64,000 nucleotides of DNA. Source: an uncultured Nitrososphaerota archaeon (GTDB lineage Archaea; Thermoproteota; Nitrososphaeria; Nitrososphaerales; CADDZS01). The notes under the pieces were generated by a model, which was not told where the DNA came from, ran no database searches, and saw only the letters and a program-made list of their open reading frames with translations. A program made the translations under genes and the position numbers. The stretch spans positions 128,001-192,000 of the forward strand of contig CAWCYI010000006.1 in NCBI GenBank assembly GCA_963799845.1, in the 5' to 3' direction. This document shows, in pieces, positions 1 through 9,821 of this stretch; positions within the stretch are counted from its first letter, which is position 1; each line of letters starts with the position of its first letter.

Positions 1-323
1 GAAAAAAGCGGACGAGTCGGGAGGAAACGGGCGGATCGAATTTCGTTCCGATATCTCTTAGATTGGAGGACGATCCGCTGGAGATCAAAACGCGTTTCCA
101 GATCATCGATGATATTCTGAAAAGATCGAAGGCGCAGTTTATACCAGCTCCAAGCCTGGGCACTATCTATCTCAGCCGGATAATGTCAATGCTGTACGTT
201 CTTGACTATGCGACCTACTATACTGCCATCTTCAAACACATCGATCCTATCCAAACTCCGTCGATTGATTACATGAAGAGTGAACTGAAAACTAGGTTGA
301 ATTTTCTGTCTCGGATAGTCTAA
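1..323 (+). CDS. Bifunctional phosphoglucose/phosphomannose isomerase, C-terminal part (5' end outside window)
   Basis: C-terminal motif LDYATYYTA...IDP..TPSIDYMK resembles archaeal PGI/PMI; next to an NDP-mannose pathway gene. Confidence 0.75.
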   Translation, partial: KKRTSREETGGSNFVPISLRLEDDPLEIKTRFQIIDDILKRSKAQFIPAPSLGTIYLSRIMSMLYVLDYATYYTAIFKHIDPIQTPSIDYMKSELKTRLNFLSRIV

Positions 324-376
324 ACAAAAATTCATATCTGTGACCAATACTAAGGAAATCCGTTTTCTTTTCTCCG

Positions 377-2887
377 GTGTTGGTGTTTTTGGAAGCCGTG
401 GTCATGGCAGGAGGAGAAGGTTCCCGACTGAGACCACTCACGTCTACGAGACCCAAACCGCTCGTGCCTGTTGTAAATCGCCCGATCCTTTGGCACGTTC
501 TGAGGCTTCTGCAAAAACACGGAATAAACCAGGCTCACATTACTTTGCATTATCTGGCGGATCAGATTACCACTGCTTTTTCTGGGTCTCGCGACATTAA
601 TCTTCACATCAATTATTCATTCGAGGACAGGCCTCTTGGCACCGCTGGATCGGTCAAAGCAATCGAGCAAGAACTGACCGATACTTTTCTCGTGATATCG
701 GGGGATGTCATGACTGATTTTGATCTTTCCCGGCTCATTGAATTCCACAAGAAAAGTGGAGCAACGGTGACCATAGGGCTGGCTAGAGTCCAGAACCCGC
801 TCGAGTATGGGGTGGTAATGACCGATTCCGAGCACAGAGTAACAAGGTTTTTGGAAAAGCCCGGTTGGTCGGAGGTCTTCAGTGATACGGTCAACACCGG
901 GATCTACATTATCGACCGCGAGGCGCTCGAGCAAATCGAGCCAGATAAGCAGTGCGACTTTTCCAAAGATCTATTCCCAAAACTCCTGAAAAATGAAAAT
1001 TCTATTTTCGCTTTGCCCCTCGATGGGTACTGGTGCGATGTCGGGATGCCATCGCAGTACATTACAGCGCATCACGACATCTTGTCGGGCAAGACGGGCG
1101 TAGAAATTCCCGGGAAAAAGAACTCGGATAATATCTGGGTCGAGGATGGTGCGGAGATTCATCCCAGCGCCCAGCTTGTGGGACCGTGTTTGATAGGAAA
1201 TCGAGCGTTGGTTGCGAAGAATGCCTCGGTGGGGCCACTGTCGTGCATCGGTTCGCACGTATCCATAGAATCGGGGGCCGTAGTTTCAAGGTCAGTGGTG
1301 TACGATTTTGCCTACATTGGAAGAGATGCTGAGGCGAAGGGATGCGTCATTGGGAAGAGCGCCGTCCTCAGGCCGAGGGCTCGCGTCTTCGAAGGCGCGG
1401 TGATCGGTGACGGGACTCAGCTCGGAACTGGCTGTGAAGTCTCCCAGAAGGTGAGAATTTGGCCCGACAAGAGTGTCGAGAGCGGCGCGGTCGTCCGCGA
1501 GAACCTCGTCTGGGGGCTTACCTGGCAGAGAAACATTTTCGGGTCTCGGGGAATAATTGGTATTTCAAACGTCGAAATCACGCCGGAAATAACTGCGAAG
1601 CTCGGAGCAGCTTTCGGGACATTCGCGGGTTCGAAGGGCAAGGTGGTTGTAGCGAGGGACACTCTCAGATCCTCCAGAATGCTGAAGCGGTCGTTTATCG
1701 CTGGACTGCTTTCGACAGGAAACACCGTCTTTAATCTAAGAGCTTCCCCTTTGCCGCTGATGCGATTGTCTGTAGTGTCAAACAGATTAGATGGGGGAGT
1801 CTACTTCGGGGCAAATTCTAACGAACCGGATTATTCCATTTTACAGTTCATCGATTCAAAGGGGTACAACATCAGTTCCGATACTCAACGGAAAATTGAG
1901 AGTATTCTGTTCAAGGAAGAAATTCACAGGGCTTCGTATGAAGAGCTTTCAGACATATTCTATCTTCCGCAGAGCGAAGATGCTTACGAGGAGATCGTCC
2001 TAAACAATATCGATTCCCGACCGATTTCGGGTACTCGTCCTAGGATCGTAGTCGATTGCGCGCTCGGGCCGGTCTCAGTAACTGCTCCCCAGATCCTGTC
2101 GAAGTTGGGTTGCGAAGTCGTGAGTCTGAATGCGAGTACGGGGACGTATTCCACAACTCTATCCGTGTCTAGCAGTCCGTCAAACTTGAAAGACATAGTA
2201 ACGGCAGTTGGAGCAGTTGCTGGATTCCGCTTTGCGGGTGCGGGTGATACGGTCCGAATCGTGGACGAAACTGGGGAGATGTTGAGCGGGGATGAATCTC
2301 TTGCGTTAATGTCTGAGATAATGTTAAGATTGCAGCCGGGGACTATAGCCGTCCCGCTGAGTTCCTCCGGCCTGATCGAAAACATTGCAGAAAAAAAGGG
2401 TCAAAGGGTACTCCGACTAAAGACAGAACCCCGCGCATTGATGGAGGCGGTAGGATCGGGAGAGGCGAGTTTCGCGGGCAATGACGCTGGTGAGTTCATA
2501 GTGTCAAAGGATCTTCCATTCCCGGATGGTCTACTAGCTGCTGGAAAGGTGGTCGAATACTTGGCAACATCAGGTGCCCGAATCCACGAGATCAAGAAGG
2601 CAATCTATCAGCCAAGACTTGCTAAAGGCATCGTGCTTGTGCCATGGAACGAAAGGGGAAGAATAATGCGCCGGCTCGCCACGGATTTCGGTGAGAAAAG
2701 AGTCGAGAGCTTGGAAGGAATCAAACTACTGGTAGATGGCGGATGGGTACTGATCAATCCTAGTACGGACGAGCCTGTGTTCGAGATAGTTGCAGAATCT
2801 GCCAACTCCCAGAGCTCAACGACTATCTTGAAAGATTTTCAGAACCGAGTTTCTGAGATCGTAAACGGCAGCGATAGCACGGCCTAA
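377..2887 (+). CDS. Sugar-1-phosphate (mannose-1-P) guanylyltransferase with hexapeptide repeats, fused to a phosphomannomutase-like domain
   Basis: AGGEGSRLRPLT..RPKPL NTP-transferase motif, LbH repeats, PMM-type IFGSRGIIG...ARDT region. Confidence 0.85.
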   Translation: MLVFLEAVVMAGGEGSRLRPLTSTRPKPLVPVVNRPILWHVLRLLQKHGINQAHITLHYLADQITTAFSGSRDINLHINYSFEDRPLGTAGSVKAIEQELTDTFLVISGDVMTDFDLSRLIEFHKKSGATVTIGLARVQNPLEYGVVMTDSEHRVTRFLEKPGWSEVFSDTVNTGIYIIDREALEQIEPDKQCDFSKDLFPKLLKNENSIFALPLDGYWCDVGMPSQYITAHHDILSGKTGVEIPGKKNSDNIWVEDGAEIHPSAQLVGPCLIGNRALVAKNASVGPLSCIGSHVSIESGAVVSRSVVYDFAYIGRDAEAKGCVIGKSAVLRPRARVFEGAVIGDGTQLGTGCEVSQKVRIWPDKSVESGAVVRENLVWGLTWQRNIFGSRGIIGISNVEITPEITAKLGAAFGTFAGSKGKVVVARDTLRSSRMLKRSFIAGLLSTGNTVFNLRASPLPLMRLSVVSNRLDGGVYFGANSNEPDYSILQFIDSKGYNISSDTQRKIESILFKEEIHRASYEELSDIFYLPQSEDAYEEIVLNNIDSRPISGTRPRIVVDCALGPVSVTAPQILSKLGCEVVSLNASTGTYSTTLSVSSSPSNLKDIVTAVGAVAGFRFAGAGDTVRIVDETGEMLSGDESLALMSEIMLRLQPGTIAVPLSSSGLIENIAEKKGQRVLRLKTEPRALMEAVGSGEASFAGNDAGEFIVSKDLPFPDGLLAAGKVVEYLATSGARIHEIKKAIYQPRLAKGIVLVPWNERGRIMRRLATDFGEKRVESLEGIKLLVDGGWVLINPSTDEPVFEIVAESANSQSSTTILKDFQNRVSEIVNGSDSTA

Positions 2888-2955
2888 GTCATAATAGCAA
2901 CGCTTATTCACGAAGCTCGAAGGCACGAATTTCTGTTCTCGAAGAGTTGCGCTGA

Positions 2956-4167
2956 TTGTCCACTGGTGATTCGAAACCCATGAAAATCCTGATGTTCACC
3001 TGGGAGTATCCTCCGAGGATCGTTGGCGGGATTTCAAGGGTTGTGGAGGGACTCTCGCGCTCTCTAACTGAGTTAGGGCAGGAGGTCCACGTCATAACGA
3101 ACGAAATGCCTGGATTTCCCGCCGAGGACAACGATAGAGGGGTGCTCGTTCACCGGGTGGCGATAGAATCACCGACACCGAACTTTCATACCTGGGTGAT
3201 GATGATGAACCACTATTTTGCAAAGAGAGCCGGGAGGCTAGTGCGAGAGGTAGGCAATTTCGATATCAGCCACGTCCACGACTGGCTTGTGCTTCCCGCT
3301 GGAGCTGAGACAAAGAGTTACCTTGGGACAACGCTAGTTTCGACGCTACATTCGTTGGAATTTAGAAGAAGTGGTGGGGTTGACACGCCTGAGAGTAAAA
3401 TGGCGGACAGCCTGGAGTGGTGGATTACCTACGAGTCCTCCATTATAATTCTCTGTTCAAAATCAATGAAAGACGACACGATCAGTCACTTTCGAGTGCC
3501 TCAGGACAAGTTGCGAGTAATCCCGATCGGAATCGACCGGTCAAAGTTCAAGGATAGAAAACCAGATAGAGAAAAGACGAGGGAAAAGTATGGAGTACAT
3601 TCCGAAGAAAAACTAGTGTTGTTCGTCGGCCGTTTGACCAGTCAGAAGGGCTGCGAGTATCTGATTCGCGCGATTCCCTATATTGCCAAATTCTTCAATG
3701 TGAAACTACTCATTGCGGGCGACGGATATCTCCGTGGAGAACTTGAGGGCATCGCAGTTCGCGCGGGAGTTCGAACAAGGACAATTTTCGCCGGCTTTGT
3801 TGGAGACGATGATCTTACCGACCTTTTTCTTTGCTCAGATCTGATGATGATTCCATCGGTCTACGAACCTTTTGGTGTTGTCGCGCTTGAAGCGATGGCT
3901 GCGCGCCTCCCCGTCGTCGCGAGCAACGTCGATGGACTGGCCGAAATAATAAAGCATGAGGAAAACGGAATACTCGTTTTTCCGCGGGATAGTTCTTCCA
4001 TCGCCTGGGGTATATCGAGGATACTTTCAGATCAAGCCAATACCCAAAGGCTTGTCGAGAACGCATGGCGAGATGTCGAATCTAGGTTCTCATGGTCTAC
4101 AGTTGCGAGGCAGACTCTCGAGGTCTACAAGGAAGCAAAGCTTTCAGCGTCGAAGGATATCCGCTAG
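2956..4167 (+). CDS. GT4 family glycosyltransferase (glycogen synthase-like)
   Basis: WEYPPRIVGG, HVHDW and YEPFGVVALEAMA motifs. Confidence 0.9.
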   Translation: MSTGDSKPMKILMFTWEYPPRIVGGISRVVEGLSRSLTELGQEVHVITNEMPGFPAEDNDRGVLVHRVAIESPTPNFHTWVMMMNHYFAKRAGRLVREVGNFDISHVHDWLVLPAGAETKSYLGTTLVSTLHSLEFRRSGGVDTPESKMADSLEWWITYESSIIILCSKSMKDDTISHFRVPQDKLRVIPIGIDRSKFKDRKPDREKTREKYGVHSEEKLVLFVGRLTSQKGCEYLIRAIPYIAKFFNVKLLIAGDGYLRGELEGIAVRAGVRTRTIFAGFVGDDDLTDLFLCSDLMMIPSVYEPFGVVALEAMAARLPVVASNVDGLAEIIKHEENGILVFPRDSSSIAWGISRILSDQANTQRLVENAWRDVESRFSWSTVARQTLEVYKEAKLSASKDIR

Positions 4168-4250
4168 AAAAGTCATGCATTTTGTTAATATTCCAGTGGT
4201 TAAATTATCAGACCAGCTACGATATTTTAATTTGAAAAGTGTAATCAATT

Positions 4251-4469
4251 TTGAGTGAAGAAATTATCACTATGCTTTCGAACCTCGGGGCTCTCGATGA
4301 GGATAAGGCAGTGAGCAAGAAACTCCTGAACAATTCAGAGCGATTGAAAAACTCTTACTTAGACGATGATATCAGATCGCTCGAAGAACGAGGATATGTG
4401 AAGCAGGTGCAGGACAGACTTTATCTGACTCAATCCGGCCTCGTCAGAGCCCTGTCCAACTTTAGTTGA
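4251..4469 (+). CDS. Small winged-helix-like protein
   Basis: 72 aa with LEERGYV...LYLTQSG wing motif; AT-rich promoter upstream. Confidence 0.55.
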   Translation: MSEEIITMLSNLGALDEDKAVSKKLLNNSERLKNSYLDDDIRSLEERGYVKQVQDRLYLTQSGLVRALSNFS

Positions 4470-5168
4470 TCAGATATTCGGCGGGGGAACCGCATATTCT
4501 TCAATCGGATTTGACACGATAAGGCAATCTCCTGTCTCCAGTTTCATTCGCTCCCGCCAGCGTGGTGAAACTGTAATCGTCGGCGTTTTGATACTGAGTA
4601 CAGGCCTGCTCCCCTGGTCAATCTCGTCTGACCTTTTCAAAATCAGTTTGTCCTGGGCAGAGTCACTCGATCCATCGATCCTTTTGGAGTTCCTCGATCG
4701 AATCGATCTGACTTGAACTACTCCGCCCGAAGCATCGGCGATATTCAGAATAGACTTTTCTGAACTGAACGCAATAAAGATGGATCTAAGAATTCCGTAG
4801 GTATCATTCCCGTCCTTTGCAAAAAATTCTATTCTCTTGACCGGAGGAATATCGTCCATTCCTTCCTTTATTCTTGATAGAACTCCCCTCGGATAGATTA
4901 CCTTGGCAGAATCAACCCTTTTCAAAAGATCCGGGAATTCAAACGTTCGTTTTCTCCGAGTTTCCTCAAGCAGGCTAGAAGAGCGCATAGAATACGTGCT
5001 TACCTTATCTGATCCGTTGCGAATAGCCAGTTCACCAAGTGAAATGACTGGCGAGTTGATTAAGGTATTGGAGATGAAAGAGCGAACAGGGATTCGGATT
5101 CTTAATCCTGAAAGTTTCTGGTTTGTACAACCAACAACTAGGACAACAGGTCTGTCGATCTCTTCCAC
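4470..5168 (-). CDS. Hypothetical protein (true start probably near 5050)
   Basis: Long ORF downstream of the Mrp gene; no family recognised. Confidence 0.55.
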   Translation of the reverse strand: MEEIDRPVVLVVGCTNQKLSGLRIRIPVRSFISNTLINSPVISLGELAIRNGSDKVSTYSMRSSSLLEETRRKRTFEFPDLLKRVDSAKVIYPRGVLSRIKEGMDDIPPVKRIEFFAKDGNDTYGILRSIFIAFSSEKSILNIADASGGVVQVRSIRSRNSKRIDGSSDSAQDKLILKRSDEIDQGSRPVLSIKTPTITVSPRWRERMKLETGDCLIVSNPIEEYAVPPPNI

Positions 5169-6286
5169 GCGATTGGCTTTGCCGTAATTCCTCCGAGTTC
5201 TATTATATGATTTCTAATCTTTCGCACGAGCGCAGCGGTTTCTTCGGAAGAGTACCGATCGATTTTTCCTTGATCTGCCAGCTTGTTCACCTCGGGATCA
5301 AACGGAAGCTTTCCCAGAAAGTTGACTTTGACTTCCTTTGCAACAGACTCGATATCAGAATCTTGAAACATATGGATTGTTTCCGAGCAGTGCGGGCACT
5401 TCATATAACTCATATTTTCGACGATTCCGGCGATAGGCACGTTCAACTGTTTTGCCATGTTTATTGATTTTCTGACTATAAGCATCGAGAGATCCTGCGG
5501 AGTCGTGACTATCACGACCGCGTCCACGGGAAGAGACTGGAAAACTGTTAGCGGCGCATCTCCAGTCCCTGGCGGAAGATCGACTAGAAGGAAATGCAGA
5601 TCACCCCAGTTAACGTCGTTGAATAGTTGTCTTATGACTCCGTTGATTATCGGCCCCCTCCAGATCACTGGAGTATCTGGAGTATCCAAGAGAAGGTTCA
5701 TGGAAATCACCTTGATTCCGGTGTCAGATGTTTTTGGCACAACGCCAACTTCGTCCGCAAAAGGTTTCCCAGACAAGCCGAATATCTTCGCAACGCTCGG
5801 GCCCGTAATGTCACCGTCGAGTATGCCGACCTCATAGCCCTGTCTTCGCAATTCTACCGCAATCATCGCCGTGACGTATGACTTGCCAACACCACCCTTA
5901 CCGGACATTACGGCGATGATGTTCTGGATTCCCTTCTTCTCCAGTTTGTCGATCCCGGCACTGAGCCCCGGCGCTTTCCCAACTGATTTTTGGTCGGCTT
6001 TCATCTGTTGAAGTCTGGAACTGAGCTTGTTGACCTCATCCTTCGTCATTGAGCTCATTCTTACATTTACTTTCGAAACGCCCGGTAGTCCTCCCAGTAC
6101 TCGATTAATATCTGTCTCAATAGTACCGGCGAGCGGGCAGCCCTTCACGGTGAGGGCAATGTCGATGTCAACATTCGAGCCGTTAATTTCGAGCTTCCGG
6201 ACCATTTCCAAATCTACGATGTTAATGCCAATCTCCGGATCCACCACTTCGCGGAGCTTGGAAATCATTTCATCTTTTGATGCCAT
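5138..6286 (-). CDS. mrp: Mrp/NBP35 (ApbC) Fe-S cluster carrier ATPase with N-terminal DUF59 domain
   Basis: VVDPEIGINIVDL (DUF59), SGKGGVGKS Walker A, DLPPGTGD, ENMSYMKCPHC. Confidence 0.92.
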   Translation of the reverse strand: MASKDEMISKLREVVDPEIGINIVDLEMVRKLEINGSNVDIDIALTVKGCPLAGTIETDINRVLGGLPGVSKVNVRMSSMTKDEVNKLSSRLQQMKADQKSVGKAPGLSAGIDKLEKKGIQNIIAVMSGKGGVGKSYVTAMIAVELRRQGYEVGILDGDITGPSVAKIFGLSGKPFADEVGVVPKTSDTGIKVISMNLLLDTPDTPVIWRGPIINGVIRQLFNDVNWGDLHFLLVDLPPGTGDAPLTVFQSLPVDAVVIVTTPQDLSMLIVRKSINMAKQLNVPIAGIVENMSYMKCPHCSETIHMFQDSDIESVAKEVKVNFLGKLPFDPEVNKLADQGKIDRYSSEETAALVRKIRNHIIELGGITAKPIAWKRSTDLLS

Positions 6287-6347
6287 CTAGAACCAAACCT
6301 AATCTCAAAAGTACTAAGCAGGTACAGTCGCGTTCTGACTTAAGACT

Positions 6348-7214
6348 CTAGCGGAAGTCCTTCAAAAGTTCCTCGTACTTTGGAAGATTGGCCTCCAGAC
6401 TCAAGTTCTGGAGAGCCATCGGTTCTTTGCTCGTGAGCGTGTTTGTCTCCAAAGAGTTTGTCTCGCCGGTGAATATCAAGCCCGTGGGTATCTTTCCCTG
6501 TGATAACAGCTCCGATGCCCGGGCGAAAGCCATGACACGACTTTTCGGCGAGTATGAAGTTTCGGCATCGAAGTTGTGAACCTGCTCCCTCCATTCCTTG
6601 TAGGTGTCATTGTAGGTGACACAAGGACTGAGGATCTCAATGAAGGCAAATCCCTTCAGAGAATTCGCATGCTGAATTCCTTTTTTCAGCAGGTCGGTCA
6701 ACTGAACCTGATTCCCCGAGAAACCTCTTGCAATGAAGGTCGTATTTTGGATCGAAAGGGCAGTCATCACAGCGTCGAAGGGAGCTTCGACGTTTCCCTC
6801 GTAGCCAGGAACTGCAGTGGGAGAAGGCTGGCCCTTTGTAAGACCGTAAGTTCCGTTTTGCATTACTATGTAGACTATACTAGGATTTCTTTTCAGAGCA
6901 TGAATGAAATGCCCAGCTCCAATAGCGTAACCATCTCCGTCCCCTCCAGCAGCTATCACCGTCAGGTTGGGATTTGCAAGTTTCACTCCGATGGCAGTCG
7001 GAAGAAGCCTTCCGTGGAGGGAATGTATGCCATAGCATTCGAGATCATTGTGGATAGATCCCGAACATCCGATTCCGCCAACAATTACGGTGTCCTTCGG
7101 CTTTATCGCAAGTTCGGACAGTGTCTTTTTCAGAGAAGCCAGAACGCCGAAATCTCCGCAACCAGGACACCAGATAGGCGTCGAAATTGGCACAGTCTTT
7201 GTCATCTTAAGCAC
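6348..7214 (-). CDS. 2-oxoacid:ferredoxin oxidoreductase beta subunit
   Basis: WCPGCGDFG, GIGCSG, GGDGDG ThDP motif, YGLTKGQPSPT. Confidence 0.93.
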   Translation of the reverse strand: MLKMTKTVPISTPIWCPGCGDFGVLASLKKTLSELAIKPKDTVIVGGIGCSGSIHNDLECYGIHSLHGRLLPTAIGVKLANPNLTVIAAGGDGDGYAIGAGHFIHALKRNPSIVYIVMQNGTYGLTKGQPSPTAVPGYEGNVEAPFDAVMTALSIQNTTFIARGFSGNQVQLTDLLKKGIQHANSLKGFAFIEILSPCVTYNDTYKEWREQVHNFDAETSYSPKSRVMAFARASELLSQGKIPTGLIFTGETNSLETNTLTSKEPMALQNLSLEANLPKYEELLKDFR

Positions 7215-9000
7215 TCACCCTTGGTGCCAGCCCCGACAAAACCGCGCCGGTTATCTCCTTCGGTTTGAACGAGCTGCCGTCGAATTTCGTTATGCTCTCA
7301 ATTCTATTAGAATCACCGACTGAACTTCGGATCAAGTTTGCCAGTTGTCCCTGGTAGTTGTTTTCAACAACATAAACGATATCGAGTTGATCTATGAATT
7401 CATGAAGGTCATCCTCAAGCAACGGCCAGATTGTCCTAATTTGGTGGAACCTGACTTCGACTCCCTTACCTGCGAGCTGCTCCATGCTTTCAATGATCGG
7501 ACCGTAAGTTGAACCAAATCCAATTATCCCGATTTTGGCGGTTTTCGGACCGAAATTATTCCCCTTCGGAAGATCCTTCTTCGCGAGCTCGAGTTTGTTC
7601 ATTCTCTTTCGCATCATTCTCAGGCGGTTGGTTCTGTCGGTCGACACCGCCCCAAATTCGGTGTGTTCGTTTCCGGTGACCTGAGATTCTCCACCCTCTT
7701 CTGAAGGAATAGACCTCCACGAAATCCCATCTTCAGTAAACTCATAACGCTTGAATACTGCAAGTTTCGCAAGGTCTTCCTCCGTCGCCAGCTTCCCCCT
7801 GTCGATGGTTAACTTCGTAAGATCGAATGGCTCGATGCTGGCGCTGTTCTGGCATAGAGCCTGATCGAGCAATAGGAAAACCGGCAGTTGATACTTTTCA
7901 GCGAGGTTCATCGCCTGAGAAGTAACGTAGAAACATTCGTTCGCGGTTCCTGGTGCGATGACGAGCCTGGGAAACTCCCCGTGAGATGCAAACACAACGT
8001 GATTCACATCCGACTGTTCATTTTTCGTCGGTTCGCCAGTACTTGGACCAACTCTCTGGCATTCGACAACTACTATTGGGATCTCGGCTTCTCCCGCGTG
8101 ACCGACTCCTTCAGTCATTAGAGACTGCCCGGGTCCTGAAGTTGCAACCATGACCCTGGCACCGGCATAAGCGGCGCCAATGCCCATGTTGATTACGGCC
8201 AATTCATCTTCCGCCTGCTTTACCACTCCACCAAACTTTGGCAAGCGGGGAGTGAGCCACTCCATAATGTCCGTGGCTGGAGTTATTGGATAGCCGATGA
8301 AGAACCGACCTCCGCTAGCAAGAAAGGCGAAAGCGACTGCTTCGTTGCCAGTTGAAAGAATCTTGTTCGAATTGGATGCTCGAGCGAGACTGTAAGGATT
8401 TGCCACGATATTCTTAGTCGCATAGTCAAGGCCGAGCTGCAGAGCTTTCAAATTGGATTCGAGCGCTTCTTTTCCGCGCCTTTCATACCGGACAATCAGG
8501 ACTTTCTTGAGAAGCTCGTCGTCGAGTCCGAGCAGCCTTCCCAAAACTCCGAACGTTATGGTATTCTTGAAAATATTCCTTCTGAGCTCGGAAGCAGCCA
8601 TGTTGCCGAACGGCGCCGAGTAAATCCTGAACCCCGGTTTTCTCAGTCCCGCGGAAAGCTGCCCCTTTGAGCTGTCAAATACGATCACAGCGGTGTCAGA
8701 AAGGTCAGAAAGACCCATCTGGACGGCTTCCTCGTCAAACGCGACAAGAACATCGACCTGATCTCCGATACTGTGGATATCCCTCACAGACGCGCGAATT
8801 ACTCCATCGGCGTGCCCGCCCCTGATTCTCGACAGAACATTTCTTGCATCGTAGATGTTGAGCCCAATGTCCCTGAAGACTCTACCAAGAAGATTCACTA
8901 CGGTGAGAGTTCCGTCACCGCCTTGACCCCCTATCATTACGCAAACATCGTTTTTGAGTACAGTCTGGACCTCTGATGCTTGCTCTAATTTAGTCGCCAA
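7207..9000 (-). CDS. 2-oxoacid:ferredoxin oxidoreductase alpha subunit (fused gamma-alpha)
   Basis: GGQGGDG, YPITPAT, QAEDE, ATSGPG, QRVGPSTGEPT motifs. Confidence 0.93.
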   Translation of the reverse strand: MATKLEQASEVQTVLKNDVCVMIGGQGGDGTLTVVNLLGRVFRDIGLNIYDARNVLSRIRGGHADGVIRASVRDIHSIGDQVDVLVAFDEEAVQMGLSDLSDTAVIVFDSSKGQLSAGLRKPGFRIYSAPFGNMAASELRRNIFKNTITFGVLGRLLGLDDELLKKVLIVRYERRGKEALESNLKALQLGLDYATKNIVANPYSLARASNSNKILSTGNEAVAFAFLASGGRFFIGYPITPATDIMEWLTPRLPKFGGVVKQAEDELAVINMGIGAAYAGARVMVATSGPGQSLMTEGVGHAGEAEIPIVVVECQRVGPSTGEPTKNEQSDVNHVVFASHGEFPRLVIAPGTANECFYVTSQAMNLAEKYQLPVFLLLDQALCQNSASIEPFDLTKLTIDRGKLATEEDLAKLAVFKRYEFTEDGISWRSIPSEEGGESQVTGNEHTEFGAVSTDRTNRLRMMRKRMNKLELAKKDLPKGNNFGPKTAKIGIIGFGSTYGPIIESMEQLAGKGVEVRFHQIRTIWPLLEDDLHEFIDQLDIVYVVENNYQGQLANLIRSSVGDSNRIESITKFDGSSFKPKEITGAVLSGLAPRVSA

Positions 9001-9318
9001 AATTCAAATCACCTTAAAGATCTCCTTTGAGACCGAAAACACCCAGAAAACTTGTTGCATTTCCTTTATGGTAATTCATAATATATAAGCATGGCTTGGT
9101 AAAAAAATCACTAAAAGATGAAAATTCTATAAGAATTGGATTTCCTAGTTGGATGCTCACAACGATTAGGATTCAAATTAGAAATTGCAGAGAAACTATG
9201 AAACTATCGTGACGTGATACATCTCAAGGAAAGTGTTTCATTTAGTTCCAAGATTAATACCTTTAAATATCGCGAAGGCACTTTTTCACTTCTGAGATCG
9301 GACTAACGGTCTTGTATC

Positions 9319-9714
9319 ATGCAAACCCCCTATGAAATTGCCTCTAAATCCGTAATTCCTGCCATAAGAGGAATGATATCGAGGGGATTGATTGAAAGAG
9401 ATTTCACTCAAGCTCAAATTGCGACTGCACTCGGTATAACTCAACCTGCGGTCTCAAAGTATTTTTGGGATAAGCGCGGTCGTGCGATAGACTTTGATCA
9501 CAGGGATGACGTAAAGAACATGACCGAAGCTATTACCGACGGGATTGCAAACGACAGGCTGGATAAAGTTCAGGTTGCAAATATGATAAAAGATATTTGC
9601 GACTATGTTATGCGAAGCGGGTACATGTGCGACCTCCATTTCGAAGTAGAGCCTCAAGTCAAGAACTCGAATTGCAAGATCTGCATGGAGCCTCAGGCTA
9701 CTTACTTCCAGTAG
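9319..9714 (+). CDS. Archaeal HTH transcriptional regulator with C-terminal Cys/His motif
   Basis: PYEIASKSVIPAIR...TQAQIATALGITQPAVSKY HTH; CDLH...CKIC; divergent from the OFOR operon. Confidence 0.8.
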   Translation: MQTPYEIASKSVIPAIRGMISRGLIERDFTQAQIATALGITQPAVSKYFWDKRGRAIDFDHRDDVKNMTEAITDGIANDRLDKVQVANMIKDICDYVMRSGYMCDLHFEVEPQVKNSNCKICMEPQATYFQ

Positions 9715-9744
9715 CCCGCCACTAACGGTTTTCCGTATTATTTA

Positions 9745-9779
9745 TTCTGGAAGGGAGTTCCATAAACTCCCTTCCAGAA
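9745..9779. repeat. Perfect 15-bp inverted repeat with 5-nt loop (hairpin or operator)
   Basis: TTCTGGAAGGGAGTT-ccata-AACTCCCTTCCAGAA. Confidence 0.85.
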
Positions 9780-9821
9780 ACAGAATAACTCTAATACCTT
9801 TGTCTTCATGCCTCGTGGCAG

